Part shown: positions 23,718 to 37,080 of the stretch, piece by piece | Layout of the letters: each line of letters starts with the position of its first letter | Position numbering within the stretch: the stretch's first letter is position 1 | NCBI GenBank assembly: GCA_030704615.1 | Contig: CM060731.1 | Span: 35,464,001-35,528,000, forward strand | Direction: 5' to 3' | DNA: 64,000 nucleotides | DNA from: Takakia lepidozioides | Taxonomy: Eukaryota; Plantae; Bryophyta | Made by a program: the position numbers and the translations under genes | Notes under the pieces: model-generated | The model's input: the letters and a program-made list of their open reading frames with translations, nothing else | The model's database searches: none | Told to the model about the DNA's origin: nothing

Positions 23718-24974
23718 TATATCATAATAAAGATATAAAATAATAACCTCTTTCCAAGTACTAACCAGCCCTACCTTTTTAGGCAATAGCCTAAAAGCAC
23801 AAAAAAAAAAAACAGGGCTGCAACACCCTTGTAAAAACAAGGTCCCGAGAAAAAAGGAAAAAACCAAAAACTGTCGGTTCCCAGCCGGGTGGTGCCAAAA
23901 AGCACCATGCGAACCAGCCTTTTTCGTATGGAACCCTTGCGCCCTAAATCCAATGGCCGGCGCCCCATACCTTCACGATCTTCTCCCCTCCCCTTCCTTT
24001 ATATTGCATGGTGTGGATTCTACAGGTGGATACGAGCTATAGGCTGCATGCTAATTACTTAAAGAAGGTGGAGACTCACAGTGATATGTTTACTTGCATA
24101 TTGTGTTGTTGGGTTCTACTGTAGTGCTCCATGTTATAGTGTAGTCATGTTAGGATTTTTGTAGCTATTATCCATACCATGCCGAAAATTGCAGCTAAAC
24201 GTATCTCAGCGCACTCTTTCCTTGACAAATACATGGTGACCCATCTCTGCACTTATCCCAAGCATTTTGTAGCCACGTCCACGCCTATGCAGAAATGAAT
24301 AAATAATATAAGTTTGAGTTGCACTACTTTTTAGATCACAGGCGCGGCAATAAAGAATGAACCACTACACGCCGGAGAATATATTGGATTGCGGACTATG
24401 GCCCATAGGTTGAATTCATGTTCCCAACTTTCAGAAGGTGGCATACTATATATATGGGGGGAATGTATGCCACCCTAGTCACTCCCTTGCCTCCATTTTA
24501 TACAATTGCTAAATGGGTTGCTATATGCACAAACTGCTAGAGTAGCCTGTGCTGTTGGCCCAAGTGTCCAGTGTCATCTAAGTCCAAGTGAGATTTGAAC
24601 CATATCCAATCATTTTTTTTCCACAGAGCCTACGACCAGATTTGAACTAGAGACCTTTCCTTGATATCTCTCTTGTCGAGGCTCCAACCATTGTCCGGGA
24701 ATGCCCACTTTTCCATTTTTGCTATTTTTTGTGAATTTCCAGCGACCAAAAGTACTTGGAATTCCACATTTCCCTCACCGCTTGTCCAAAAATCATGAGA
24801 CCAAGCCGGTGCACCCCTCCTCATCTAGGGCTTTCCACCAACACCAAGCACCCGTGCTCTCAGGCCACGGTTTGGGGGATCTCAACGACGCTACAAAAAC
24901 AAAACAAACATCTCGCCTCGTATATTGATCATTCAAGATTACCGCTAACAATGGAGGTGTGGATAATGCCCATA

Positions 24975-25960
24975 CCGTACTTACCTAGCTTATTAGGCAA
25001 TAATTAATTCAAAATCAAGTGCCTAATTAAATTTAGAATGTTTTTGAAAAATGTGCCTAAAACTTGGAAAATGCTCCTGAGAAGTGCCTAATTGCTCGAC
25101 AACTGTGAAAAATACCAAAATGTCCAAATATGTGGAAAAAATGCCTACAATTTAAAAATGCCTACAATTACCTCAACAATAGATCTTGAGGGAGGTAAAA
25201 AACAAGTGTTCATTATGTTATTTTGTTATGGACGTGGTGCCTTTCGATAAGAACAATAGATCCTTGATAAGAGTTGATGAATGTTTTCTCAAACGAACTA
25301 TATTAAGGCTCGACATAAGATCTAGCAACTATGGAGGTGTGCTAACAAAGAGTTAACACATATCAAATAACGCTCTAGTAACCCCGGTTGATGTAACCCT
25401 CCACTCGGTGTAACCCCGATTGATGTAACCCTCCACTCGGTGTAACCCCGGTCGATGTAACCCTCCACTTGGTGTAACCCTCTGTAACCTCAATTTCTCA
25501 TGTAACTCTGGTTGGTCCATTTTATACTTAGCCACATTTGGACTCAGACCAAGTGTGGGTTACACCGACTGGAGTTACACTCCATTCTGTGTAACCTCGA
25601 GTGGAGTTACACACCTCGTCGTGTAACCCGATGTAACCCCAAGTGGAGTTACACACCTCGTCGTGTAACCTGATGTAACCCCAAGTGGAGTTACACACCT
25701 CGTTGTGTAACCCAGTGTAACCCCGACTGGAGTTGACACTCCTTCAGTTCCATGTCACCCTCAAGAGAGGGTGGGGAAGATTTGACATGCCGGAAACCGG
25801 CGTACCATCCTGTCAGAGCTTGCATGTGTACATTAAGTTCTTACATTATTCCTATTATCTTCCATGAGGTGCCTAAATAATAAAAACGAATCTGCCTAAT
25901 AATTTTCCATTTTTATTAATTATCAGGCACGGAAGTGCCTAATAAGCTAGGTAAGTACGG
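24975..25960. mobile_element. Tc1/mariner(pogo)-type MITE with internal minisatellite
   Basis: Perfect 25-bp TIRs CCGTACTTACCTAGCTTATTAGGCA; TA at 24973-24974 and 25961-25962; GTGCCTAA subterminal motifs shared with 7973-8655. Confidence 0.9.
25376..25740. repeat. TGTAACCC / GGAGTTACA minisatellite
   Basis: About 31-bp units (TGTAACCCCGGTTGATGTAACCCTCCACTCGG) x3, then about 42-bp units (TGTAACCCCAAGTGGAGTTACACACCTCGTCG) x3-4. Confidence 0.85.
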
Positions 25961-25969
25961 TACTTGCCA

Positions 25970-26462
25970 ATCAAAATATCAGAAGAGCTTGCCTGGCATA
26001 GTTACACCTAATTTTTTTCCAGCTGGACACTACAGTCCACTCTGGACCCATTCTGCCTGCAGAATGGCCTGGGCAAGAGCAATCCATTATGCCAGGGAAC
26101 AGGCGAGCAGCCTCGGAACCCCATACATGATTGCCCCATTCCATGGTACGTTGATGGCAGATGTGGCTGATTCTGCCATTTCCAAATATCCAGAGGGCTT
26201 ACCTGGCATAGTACACCTACATCTTTTCCCTGAGCTGGACACTACCACCATTCTGCCTGGAGAGTGGCTGGTCTGCAGCAGGCAAGCACGGCATGGAACG
26301 GACGAGCAGCCTCGGACCCCCGCCATATTGGCCCACTCCATGCTACATTAACCGCACGTGTTGCTCATTCTGCCAATTCCAAGTGGCTTACCTGGCATTG
26401 TACATTGTACACTTTTCCCTTGAACTGGACACCACACTCCATTCTGCCTGCAGAATGGTCTC
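25970..26462 (-). repeat. Degenerate ~200-bp tandem repeat (3 units) with conserved splice-like signals
   Basis: Each unit reads CAG|GCAGAATGG...ATGCCAG|G(T/C)AAG on the minus strand. Confidence 0.65.
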
Positions 26463-28291
26463 CATCATGTTTCCAAAAGTTCTTTACCCTCATTTCATCC
26501 TTTTTACCCCCTGATGTGACTCCCCGGGAGCCCAACATCATTATTCATCCATATTCGGTAACCCATTCATCCAGTTGGCGGACCTGCCAATCTTTTATGT
26601 AGTCTATTTCCTGACATGGAAAAGGATAGATACGAGATAGAATCCAACAGATGTACTTAACATCCATCTCTCATCCTCTGAACGAAACTAGAAGGCTGTC
26701 AGATTTTGTCAATGCTTCATAATCGTATGTACTTAGTAGTCCAGACTCACCCAGTTTGACTTAGAGGGCACCATTAAAACTCAGATTTTGCAGCGTGAGA
26801 ACATGTTCTCTTTACATGGGAGCGACCAGCCAAAATGGATGGATGACGGATGGCAAATTCAACGTAGTAGTAGGTGCAGTGGCAAATGAATGTGTGTGAG
26901 AATGAATGAATGGTTGTCGTCGTGTTACCCGAAAACGAAGGAGCGATCTCAAACCTAAACATAACCCTGAACAGCTTACCTCGCGTGATGCAGCGGGCGT
27001 GGCGATGGAGGAGCGGAGGGACGGCATGCGTGCTCGACAGGGCAGCCATGTGTGCGCGATGCTGTAGAGATGCTTGGCGTCGTGTCTCCTCTCCTCCTGA
27101 ATCGTTTCTTCGAGGCTCGAGCTCCACAGGACAGCACTTCTCGCCCTTTCTTTCTGCTGCTGAGTCATTTCTGGAAAATAGGGGACGGCACTGTGAAAAA
27201 GGAAGGGGGACAAATGCAGACGTGGATTGAGACACGTGAGTAATAAGCACCGATACACACTAGTAGGTCTTTCAGAGTGGTTGATATAGACACCTCATTT
27301 TCCCATGCGGACACCCCTTATAACGTTCCATGGGAAGCTCAAAGTCCTTCGGTGGGCATTTTGGAAAAGGGGGGGAGAGCGAAGGAGGGAGCAGAATAGG
27401 TATAGTCCACTGACTGCCCGCTCAAGTAGTGGACTTAACACACTCGTGCTGGATTATGGCCTTACGGATTCTCAAAGCATAGTGTGCTTCATAGCCACAA
27501 AGACGCAAGACTTACTAAAATCCTCACCCACCCTTCAAGACTTTGTGGCACTCAGATACACTACCTCAAAGTTGCAACCCGTAAAAGACCTGCTGCCGCC
27601 ACCCACAGAACAGCAGCAATCCCTGCACAAAGACGCTTTTGACTAATAATGTGAAAGCATACGTAGTTAGCAACACTGAAGACTAGGATGACAGGATGGA
27701 GCAGCAACATGAAACTGCTTGTTAGGAAGACCACTCAAACACATTCGAGAAGCCAAATCTGGCAAATTGTACTAAAAGATATTAAGCACTACACCTAGTC
27801 CAATCAAAGCTGAACTTGCTGGCCCTTGAAGATGTCAAGTTTAAATTTGCATGAACAGGACAAATTCCATCTTTTCATTGTCTACAATGCCTACAATTTG
27901 CATCTGGCTCAGTGCAAGCAAAGGTCCACTACATTCCACCAAACAATTGCTACGCTTGCTACCTTCAAATGTCTATAATGTGACTACCAAACTGTTATAC
28001 AATGAGCTCAACTAGAACTGCAAACTTATTTTAAAACAACAGACCCACCGGTGAAAAAAAGAAAGGCTAGCTATCTCCAAGTAGGACACCTCAATTATAC
28101 TACAGTTTCGAGTAACCTCAATACATTCAGGAACAGCAGCTTCATTTGGACAACAGCGTTGTGTGCCTTGAGGAAAGACCTCCATGCAGTTGAACATGCT
28201 GCAAGCTCCTGACCAGGGCCTCTACCGAGCTCGAGCTAGAGCCTGTGCTAGGCCTGTGGGCAAGGCCAGTTTGAATCGTACAAAGCTATTT

Positions 28292-31200
28292 CTATACCTT
28301 TGGATATACTCCAGAAAAGTTTGGAATCCTGTTCAAGTGCTTCAGAGCCTTCTCAGCAAGCTGCTTAGCAGAATTGTTGCCATACCGGAATGAATCAACC
28401 AGAGCAGTATAAACGTTGGGGTCATCTGAGATGAAACAAGCAAGGTCCTCAGTGCGTAGAATCCGCTCCACCATCCACAATGCCCGCTGTCTCAACACCT
28501 CTGTGCGTTTCTCTTGCAAGATCACCAGTATTGGCTGTATCGCATCTGAAGCATATAGCACCTGCAGACATGCAGCCCAATTTCAGGTTTCAAGTACACT
28601 TTTCACTACACAAAGTAGCATTTTAAGGAGCTCACATCAAGAGCATAGCTTCTGAACTTTATGTACAATTTCGTAACAGCAATTTCTTTTGGTTCTAACA
28701 ATTTTATGCAATCTAGTTGCACAGGTGCTTTTAAGCAACACCACGCACCGGTCAAAGTCACATTTCTCATTTTCATAGCAACAAGGCATATGATGGAAGC
28801 ATCACATTCACACAGCCAGAAATCTCACACTGCTTGCATGACATCCCTGGTATGAAAAACTCAGCCCTGGTACTCCAAATGGGTTTGAAGACTGAGATCA
28901 AACCTGCACACCACGCTCCACTTCAACTGTGTCCATGACGAGGGTTGAGAGAGCCCCCATTGCAGCTTCAACAAGGCTGGTATTCCTGTGGTCAAGGCAG
29001 GCAACCAGGGGCCCTATGGCCTGCACTGATAGCAGGCAAAAGGTGCCTCTGGCCGAGCACATGCCCCCATGCACAGAACACATCCCTGCCGGCCGGGTTG
29101 GGCGCTTCTTAATACATGGGAAGCAACTCAGAAAAGATTTTTTTGAAGGGGGAATGTCTGGGATTTCAGATAACTCCTTTGACATTGTCGAAAGATTCTC
29201 CAATGCCTGTGCAGCAGATTCCTGTACTTCCTCCAAACCCGTCGTTTGTAGCAATGAAGTAAACAGAACTGCCATGTTGTGCTCCCTTGCAAGTGAAAGA
29301 ACAGCGGGGTCATCCAACAAAAAGGTGAACCGCAACAGGATGCCCACCAACCCATTCTGAAAAGGGGCCATGTAACGACCAGCACCAATGCGCACAACAC
29401 CCCTTCGAACTTCATCAAGTCTAGTAACAGTAATAGGCAAAGCGCCCTCTTCTAGCAAGGCACGTGTAAGGTAGGTGTCTAGCACAGGCAGATTGGCCAG
29501 CAGGCCAGCTGCAGCTGCCTGTTCCTCCATTACCCCAGTTGCACTCAGCAACTTCACAAGGGTGCCCAGCTGGCGAGTTGTCACCCGCAGGCCATCAGCG
29601 AGCTCCTGTGCCATGTGCATTGAGAGGAGGTATAATAGCCTCACTGACATTACCCGCAAGTCCAACTGGGGGGCTTCTAGGAACTGGATGAGGCTCACAG
29701 TTGCCCCTGCACTCTTGATATGCGAGACTACTCCACTGACCACTTCTGGCCTTGAGGCCAAGCCTACCAACACCTGCACCATAGTATGCAAATTACGTGC
29801 TGTATCTGAGCAGATATTTGAGCATCTTCAAGTATTTCCAAGGTATATCATGACAAAAATCCAAAATGATCCAAGGCTTTGAACTTTGAACCTTTACCCT
29901 CACAAATATGAAAAAAATATGCAATGTAGCTATACACTCCCCCAGATTGAGAGACTGACCTGCAAAAGCTTTGCCTCAATCCCAGGACCACTGTTACTGA
30001 TCAAGTGCAGAAAGTTGTGCACAATAACCTCAGATGTCAGGGTGTTGCCATCAATATCAATTGGACTGCTCTCCCAATGCGCGTCTGAGTTGACCACATT
30101 GGCAAGCACTGTCGCAGACACCTCCTTCAGCTTGACTGAGACTTTGTTTGCACCAACCACAAAGAGATCCCGCATCAATGGAGGGAGTACACCAGTTTCA
30201 ACTAGCAGCTTTCCATTGCTCTCAAGCGTCGAAAGTGCCTTCAGTGCCTTCAATGCTGCTGCCCGTTCTGGAGGACTGTTGCTCCCCAGCATCTCCACTA
30301 ACACACTTGCCACAGTCTCTGCGGCTCGGGCCTTGCCTTCCACTGTCAATGGAACCTCAGCAAGATCTTCTGCCATTTCTACGCGCACCTCCTCTGGACC
30401 TGAACCAGGTTGGAACTACCTCATCAAACACTTCTACTAGTTTGCAGAGAATTCATTGGAGCACTGCCTTAAAAAGCAGACAAAGAACAAGTGCAGTTGA
30501 CATATTGCCAGCTCTTCAAGTCGCAAATATGGAATCCACCAGACTTGAGGTTTGGTGGAATTCAGTAACATCTCAGCAAAGACATGACATTTCGGTTTGT
30601 ACATTATCACTGTCACGATTGTCTTTGCGACCTAACAGTGAACATGGTGGTCCTGAAACAACAGTCTTACCTTCTACCAGCCGTTTGAGTAGTGGATGAA
30701 TTCGTCCATTTTCTGCCATTTGTCGAATAGTATAGTCAATGCGCTCCAGATTGGCCAGGATTTGGTCAGCCTTCACGGCCGCCATCCCATTCTCCAACTG
30801 GCCACTGGTCATCCCCACCAGGATAAGAATGGCACCACTGGTGGCCCCAATCTTCTCACACAGCTGATATGACTTTGACAACTCATACAGCAACAACACC
30901 GCCTCCTCTTGCTCATGTGAGAACCCCCTTGACAAGCACTTGACTGCAGAACGAATCACGTCCGTCTCCCCCATTGCCTCCTGCAACACGATTTTAAAAG
31001 CAGAGGTGTCATGTGACATATGCATGTATTTGATTGATGTGGAAGACAGATTTACTCATGATCATCACCAGCAGTTCTTCCGTACTCATCCCAATCCCTT
31101 GCTAGCAATCTGTCTACTGTCATATTTGCATTCTACTACACCTGTCCAATTCATCCAATCCAACCTGGTAGCTGCATGGTTCAAATCCTTTCCCTGTCGA

Positions 31201-34178
31201 AGGCTATGTGGTTGATTATGGGGCCCCAACCTGGGGTTTAGCCATCACCGCTCGGTGCTTTTGCCCATACAGCTCACTCGCAAATTCTGATAGTAGATCT
31301 CAGCACTCAGTTGGGCACCATCCGAAGAGCACTCAGAGAGGCACATCTAGTGAGGCCCAAAAAATATTGGGAGGTGTTTTAAATATTCATTTGTGTAGAC
31401 ATCTGCTGATTTCTCCATCACCACCATTTTCCTGTCATGATCTTGGGAACTGTTATTAGGAGGATTTCTGGAGGAAAACTAGGCCCCCAGTGGCACATCT
31501 TTGGCACATGAGAGAGTTTGACCCATGTTGAACTGCAGACGAAACACAGCTCTTGGGGCAGACCAAAATGACTGAGTTTGGAGGAACCATTGAGATTAAA
31601 TTTGTGGAGTTGAACCTCCAGAGACGACATGGTTAGAATGTACTCATAGGATGTTGTTTGCCGTAGCCTTGTGGCCATTGACCCCACGCCTAGTTTGAGC
31701 GGAACACAAAAGGGCAGAAACTACCTTTGTCAGGGGCTGATGCCGGTAGTCTGACTTACCTTGAAACAGACAATTGATCCAAGTTTTCCAGATATCCTCT
31801 AGAGATCCTTCACACAAACATCAATCTGCTGTATGTGGTTTGCCCAATAACTAGACCCCAAAAGGGCCTGGGCTTTTGGCTCAGCGATGGTTAGAGATGG
31901 ACGGTGAGAAAGGAAGAAAACAGTACCTTGCTTTCGTCATCATCTTCAGCAAGAATGCGAAGAGTGACAAAGGCACGCGACCGTATTTCCTCCTCCTCAT
32001 TCTTCAAGCAGTTCACAATAAGAGGTATCAGACCTGCATTCCGTATTTTGTACTTATTGAAGTTTTTGCGGCTGACTGTTTGCAAGTCTTTAAGACCATA
32101 CAGTACATCCCGTACTGAGTTGCCTGCTGAAATGAGGGTCCGTGCAATGTCAATGTGAGCCTGTTCATTGCGAGTAGTCCACTCCTCAATCGTGTTGCGA
32201 AGGGCAATGCTGGGCTTCAAAGTGGTACTAACCTTCTGACCAGTCATTGGACACACTGGAGCTCGGCCATTGTCACGACACTCCTGGAACCAGCGCTCAA
32301 TTGCAGATCGCTCATAAGTTTGTGCATTCTCTAAAGTCACAGGGTCCTGCATCACTTGTTTGGTCAGGGGACACACAAAGGCTTCATACAGAGGCTCCAG
32401 CTGATGGTGATCCCTTTTTGGAGTATGAATATCATCTGATGGGCTTGGCTGCTCACTTGACTGCACCCAATTGTCAAAAATATTGCCTATAACATCCATC
32501 ATATGCAGGTCATAAGGCTCCTGTGTGTCATGCACATCAATCCTCAGAAGTTCTATCTCTGTTTTCAGAGCACCAGGATTCCGGGATGCATCCTCTACCC
32601 CAACTTCACGTGCAATATCCATCAATAAGCCTGTTTGCACTGCAACATCCCTGCGAACGCTATCACTGTCTTTTTCTAGTGTCTGGCAGATGCGTTCCTC
32701 AGTCTCCTTCACCTGGTAGTGCACCTGTTGCATGTCCTGAGCCAAGGAGTTAATCAATGTCATTGTGTCCTCTTTGCCCTGCACCGGTGAGAGGCGAATG
32801 AGGCTCAAATTTCGGCCCATAACATGTGTCACATTTTCTATCTGCTTTGCAACCGACCGACAATGGGTGAGAAGATAAATGCGGCTCTTGCTAGTGCACA
32901 AGGCGATGAGCTGCTGCACGCTTTGTACATGTTGGATCAAGGACTCCACCGCATCCTCAACTACAGGTGATTTGATCTCCCCTTTGTCCAACTCGATGGC
33001 AATGGGCCTTATCCGCTTCAAAAATTCTGCTAACTGCCCAAAGTTTTCCTGTTCCACTACCACATCAGATGTTGCCCTGGCGACCTCTGACAAGTTCTCA
33101 AGGAGGATTTGTGCCAGCGACACTTCTGTCGGCTGCTGCATCCTACAAACACCACTCAGCATATCAATTGCCTGAAAAACCCGTCAATATGGTAATTTCA
33201 TGAACGTCAGGTTACTTCCACCTGGTGCTTCTCTTCTAGCTGAAGCCCACAGTAGCTAAATCATGTGCTTAGGAGGTCTAGGACCTGTTTGACATCTATT
33301 AAAGCAGCAAGCTTCCATACAGCAGTGGCCTCTTAGAGAGCCCCTACATGCTATACAAGCCATCAGTGCGCGCCATGTCAGACACCACTTGAATCTCATG
33401 CAGAAAGCAACACATGTCCACAAAAAAAGTAAGATCGACCATCCTTGATAGCAACTATCCAACCTGGGATGTTCCTAGAGCTGCCACCTTTTGCTTACAT
33501 CGAGGCATACTGAACAGAACCTGGCTTCACGAGAAAAACTAGTACAATCACTCCACCAGACCAACTATCACAAAATTTCTGCCATCAGAAGTGTGGCACC
33601 TTCACAACAGGTGCACAACAAGTCTATAAGCAGTTCCAAGCAAAGCTGAGTAATCCTATCCTCCCCTTTGATGTACCATAACATTTGGCTAAACCTGACA
33701 AAATTCATACCTGCAGACTCATGGTAATTCAAAACTAGGTGAACTCAGTCGTATCTCTTACAAGAATTACGACAAACATACACAACCATGTAAGTAATAA
33801 AACGCTAATCTTTCAGGTCCGCCATAACTCTCTCAATCGCGCTCTGGCTGGCACAGGCCAAAGGTGTACATATTTCCCGCAAAAAACTCCTACACCATCA
33901 CCCGGAATGAAACAGAAGCTCTTACCGACGACAGTCATGATTTATCTACTCGCTCTCTCCTTTATACGAGCCATGTTCAGCAGCGAGCGAGGAAGATTGG
34001 TGAAATTGCAAAACCAGCTCTGGGACAATCTGCTTTTCCCCTCTGCCTCACTCACTTCCGTTGTCCCCAGACATTCCTCCGATACTCCTCACACTCCAAT
34101 TAGGAAATCCGAACAAAAAAACAGAATACTTAATGGAATGATGAGAATGGCTCACCTTGTCTCAACCTGCTCGTCCAT
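28292..34178 (-). CDS. Plant U-box/ARM-repeat E3 ubiquitin ligase, SAUL1/PUB43-44-like, with N-terminal extension (about 1042 aa, 6 exons)
   Basis: Exons 34178-34156, 33142-31927, 30980-30671, 30399-29960, 29773-28904, 28561-28292; all introns GT-AG with phases summing to 3129 nt. U-box EPLYEAFVCPLTKQVMQDPVTLENAQTYERSAIERWF..CPMTGQ..LKPSIALRNTIEEW; ARM repeats; C-terminus AEKALKHLNRIPNFSG. Exon 1 is inferred; the alternative start is the ATG at 33141. Confidence 0.92.
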
Positions 34179-35919
34179 CACCTCGCAACAACTTTTACCC
34201 TGCGGCCATTTCTCCCTCACCTACATGCCACCGGGATCACATCTGACACAACAAACAGCGAGCATTGATGGCGCATTAACGCGGCCTGCCTGCGCGATCA
34301 AAGACGGCCTCCCTCCCCCCCTCCCTCTCCTCTCCTCTCCGCCATGCCGGACCTTCATCGCTGTCCCCCTCTTCTCTTTTTACTTAACTTACTCTCTTTT
34401 CCTTCTCCAACTTACTTACCACACTCCCTGCACATACATACATATATTTATATATATTTAGTAAACAGTGTCGGATGGTAGGGCCGTCGGTGGCCCCCTC
34501 AGTACAGTATATATTTTTGAGAAATATGTTTTTGTTTTTCGTTTTTGTATTTTTTGTTCCTGGCCAGTTGTTCTCTTGCGGGATGTGTTCCTTCCACTTC
34601 ATACAAGAGATCGGGAGCAATTTCATGCATGATTTGGGGGTTCAATAAGTTCGTGGAGGCGACGGAAAAATAATTTGGGATAGGTAGCAAGCTGTCGGAC
34701 GACGGATTGACAAAAATTCAGGCCAGCATACAATAATGATGCTCACGTAGGAGGAATGTCAAAATGAGGTCAGCGACTCAGCCCTGCTAGCACTCCATTT
34801 GCTGAATTTTGGGTTTACTATTATGGCACTATGTGATTTATTGCCGCCAGAAGCCACGCGGCAAGCGCCGCGTGCCAGGCAAGAAGTCAACACGACGACA
34901 GGCGGCGAGCGATGCGCACGCGTTCAAAGTTCAAACTCGGGCGCCGTCGACTGTCGACCTACGACGCTCCCTCGTACATTCCAGGCACTAAACCACCTAA
35001 GCGGCAACCAATCAAACAACGAGATCCTGCGGAATGTGGCCCACCGCCCGTTGGATGGGGATGAATTTCCTCTCTTTACTTAGATGAAACTGGAAACTGG
35101 ATGGATGAACACAGACGGTCAGACCACTGCATCGATCATTTTCGCATTTCGACTATTGTAAATAGAAAATAGCATCGCCGTTCATACTTTTTTTTTTTTT
35201 TTTGGAGAACAGGGGGATTCATACTATTATGTCACCCCTGATATGGTTTAAGTTCATTGTCTAACCCAAAATCATTGTTTCCTAGATACAGCTCTTGGGG
35301 AATAACTACACGCCCCATGTGACAAGCCTCATGGCAACCTTCAGGCATGTACTTAAGGGTTTTAATTTTTTTTCCTTCAATAATTTTAAGAAAGCTCTCA
35401 AGGGCTTCCTCCCCTTTCTCCCAAAAAACAAACAAAACAAACAAAAAAAAAACAAATCCGATTGGTATACAAAATCGTTCATTGCAGCACTAAAAACAAA
35501 TGCATTCAAACATGCAACCTTGCCCTACTCAGCACAACCTCTCACGCATGCATAAAATTATTCATCAAGAGATTTCATTTGCGTATATGGATGAAATACT
35601 CCTGCTACACCTATCCTAAACTAATTTGGAACCTCATCCTGAGTATCGGTGCTAAGCATCAAAACCCTTTGCGTACTCCTCTACCTTAGGAAGGCAAGGC
35701 CAACAAATCACTCCTTGATGTGCACGCCCCCTTTCATGGCAATCGAACCACATCTAACTATCCCAATAGCAACCTCATCTGCTGCCCAAATGATGCAACA
35801 CACTACCTTGAAGAGATTAAAATCTCTTATTATTGTTGTTGGACATGTATGTGGGAAATTATCAATGCGTTTTTTCAGATAGTTTACAAAATTGTTAATG
35901 GTAGTATCGAAGTTTATAG

Positions 35920-36110
35920 CAATGTTGGACTAGTATATGGTTTGAGGCCCGGTATCAATACTAATATCAATACTGGTATTTGATACCAGACCAGCCTGGT
36001 CTGCGGTTGGGCAATACCCATGTCAATACCAGGATATGTCCGTACAAATCTTTGGAAGATATGCGTAATACCAAACAAGTCTGGTATTACATTCAAGGTA
36101 CCAATATTCA
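35920..36110 (+). mobile_element. Degenerate short copy of the hAT-type MITE
   Basis: Starts CAATGTTGGACTAGTATA..GGCCCGGTATCAA, like 3932 and 7953; GGTATT/AATACC motifs. Confidence 0.5.
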
Positions 36111-36317
36111 TATCAGTTTCCTACAAACCAACGTCATCTCTTGTTTGGCATGCATCTGTTGTCGATTAGATGTTTGCTTCGTTTTTGAAGCTCGAGCTCT
36201 CTAATGGCTAAAAGCTAATCGTAAAATATTTGGTGTTTTGCTGGCCGTCACCCCTAAGTTACTCCTCTTCAATGTTGTATGGCTCCCGCATCTGATTCTG
36301 ATTGAGCCCCATATCTT

Positions 36318-36830
36318 TGTCGTGTACCTAAGCATCGTGCCTCAACATACTTGCTGTCCATCACACATCCTAAGCATACAATCCTAGAAAACTATGCTAC
36401 AATGATAAAGGAATGGAAACACGCCACTTATGAACCACTCAATTACATAAACTAAAGTCAAGCCAAGAGCACCTTTGCTAAGGGAATCCAACCTACAAAG
36501 CCCTCACCACACTCTCTCTCAATACCTAGAGCTATGGAGGTGATGGAGGCTCAACTACAAGAAGATGAGCCCTCCTCAACCCTCACAAAGAAAAAACCCA
36601 TCCCCATGTCCCAAGTGAGGTTTGACACATGGCATATGAGACCAAATGAAGTCCCAACACACAAAATATAAATATAAATATCTAAAATATCATAGTTAAC
36701 TAGAAGTAGGTAATTCTAGTTAACCATGACTAGAACCATGACAGCTGTCGTGCACATAAGCATCGTGCCACAACATACATCGTTGTCCATCACACATCAT
36801 AAACATACAATCTTAGAAAGCTATGCCACA
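36318..36830 (-). repeat. Putative 3' LTR bounded by ~85-bp direct repeats
   Basis: 36318-36401 resembles 36746-36830; on the minus strand the block begins TG directly after the PPT and ends CA. Confidence 0.55.
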
Positions 36831-37080
36831 ATCGCCCCCCTAGCTGGTGATTATGTCCCTCTAACACCGGATAGCTGACATCCCAGTACGATCATCGCTG
36901 GGTCTTCAATCACACATGTCTCAATTCTCTAAAGTCTATGGATCAAGAGGCAGGGTGCAAAGAGAGCCCCGTCGTTAGTCGCCTACTTGCAATCCATGAT
37001 CTTCAATCAAGTATCCATGGCGTTGAGCTCCCACCAGCTAGACTTTAGATCACTTGTCAACCTCACCATTGTCATGTCCA

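Noticed and set aside
26774-27258. Protein-coding calls for the overlapping 148-158-aa ORFs
   Set aside because: No recognisable domain; retained only as a possible 5' exon of an unannotated transcript.
33739-34461. 240-aa plus-strand ORF
   Set aside because: Antisense to intron 1 and the 5' region of the PUB gene; no recognisable motif.
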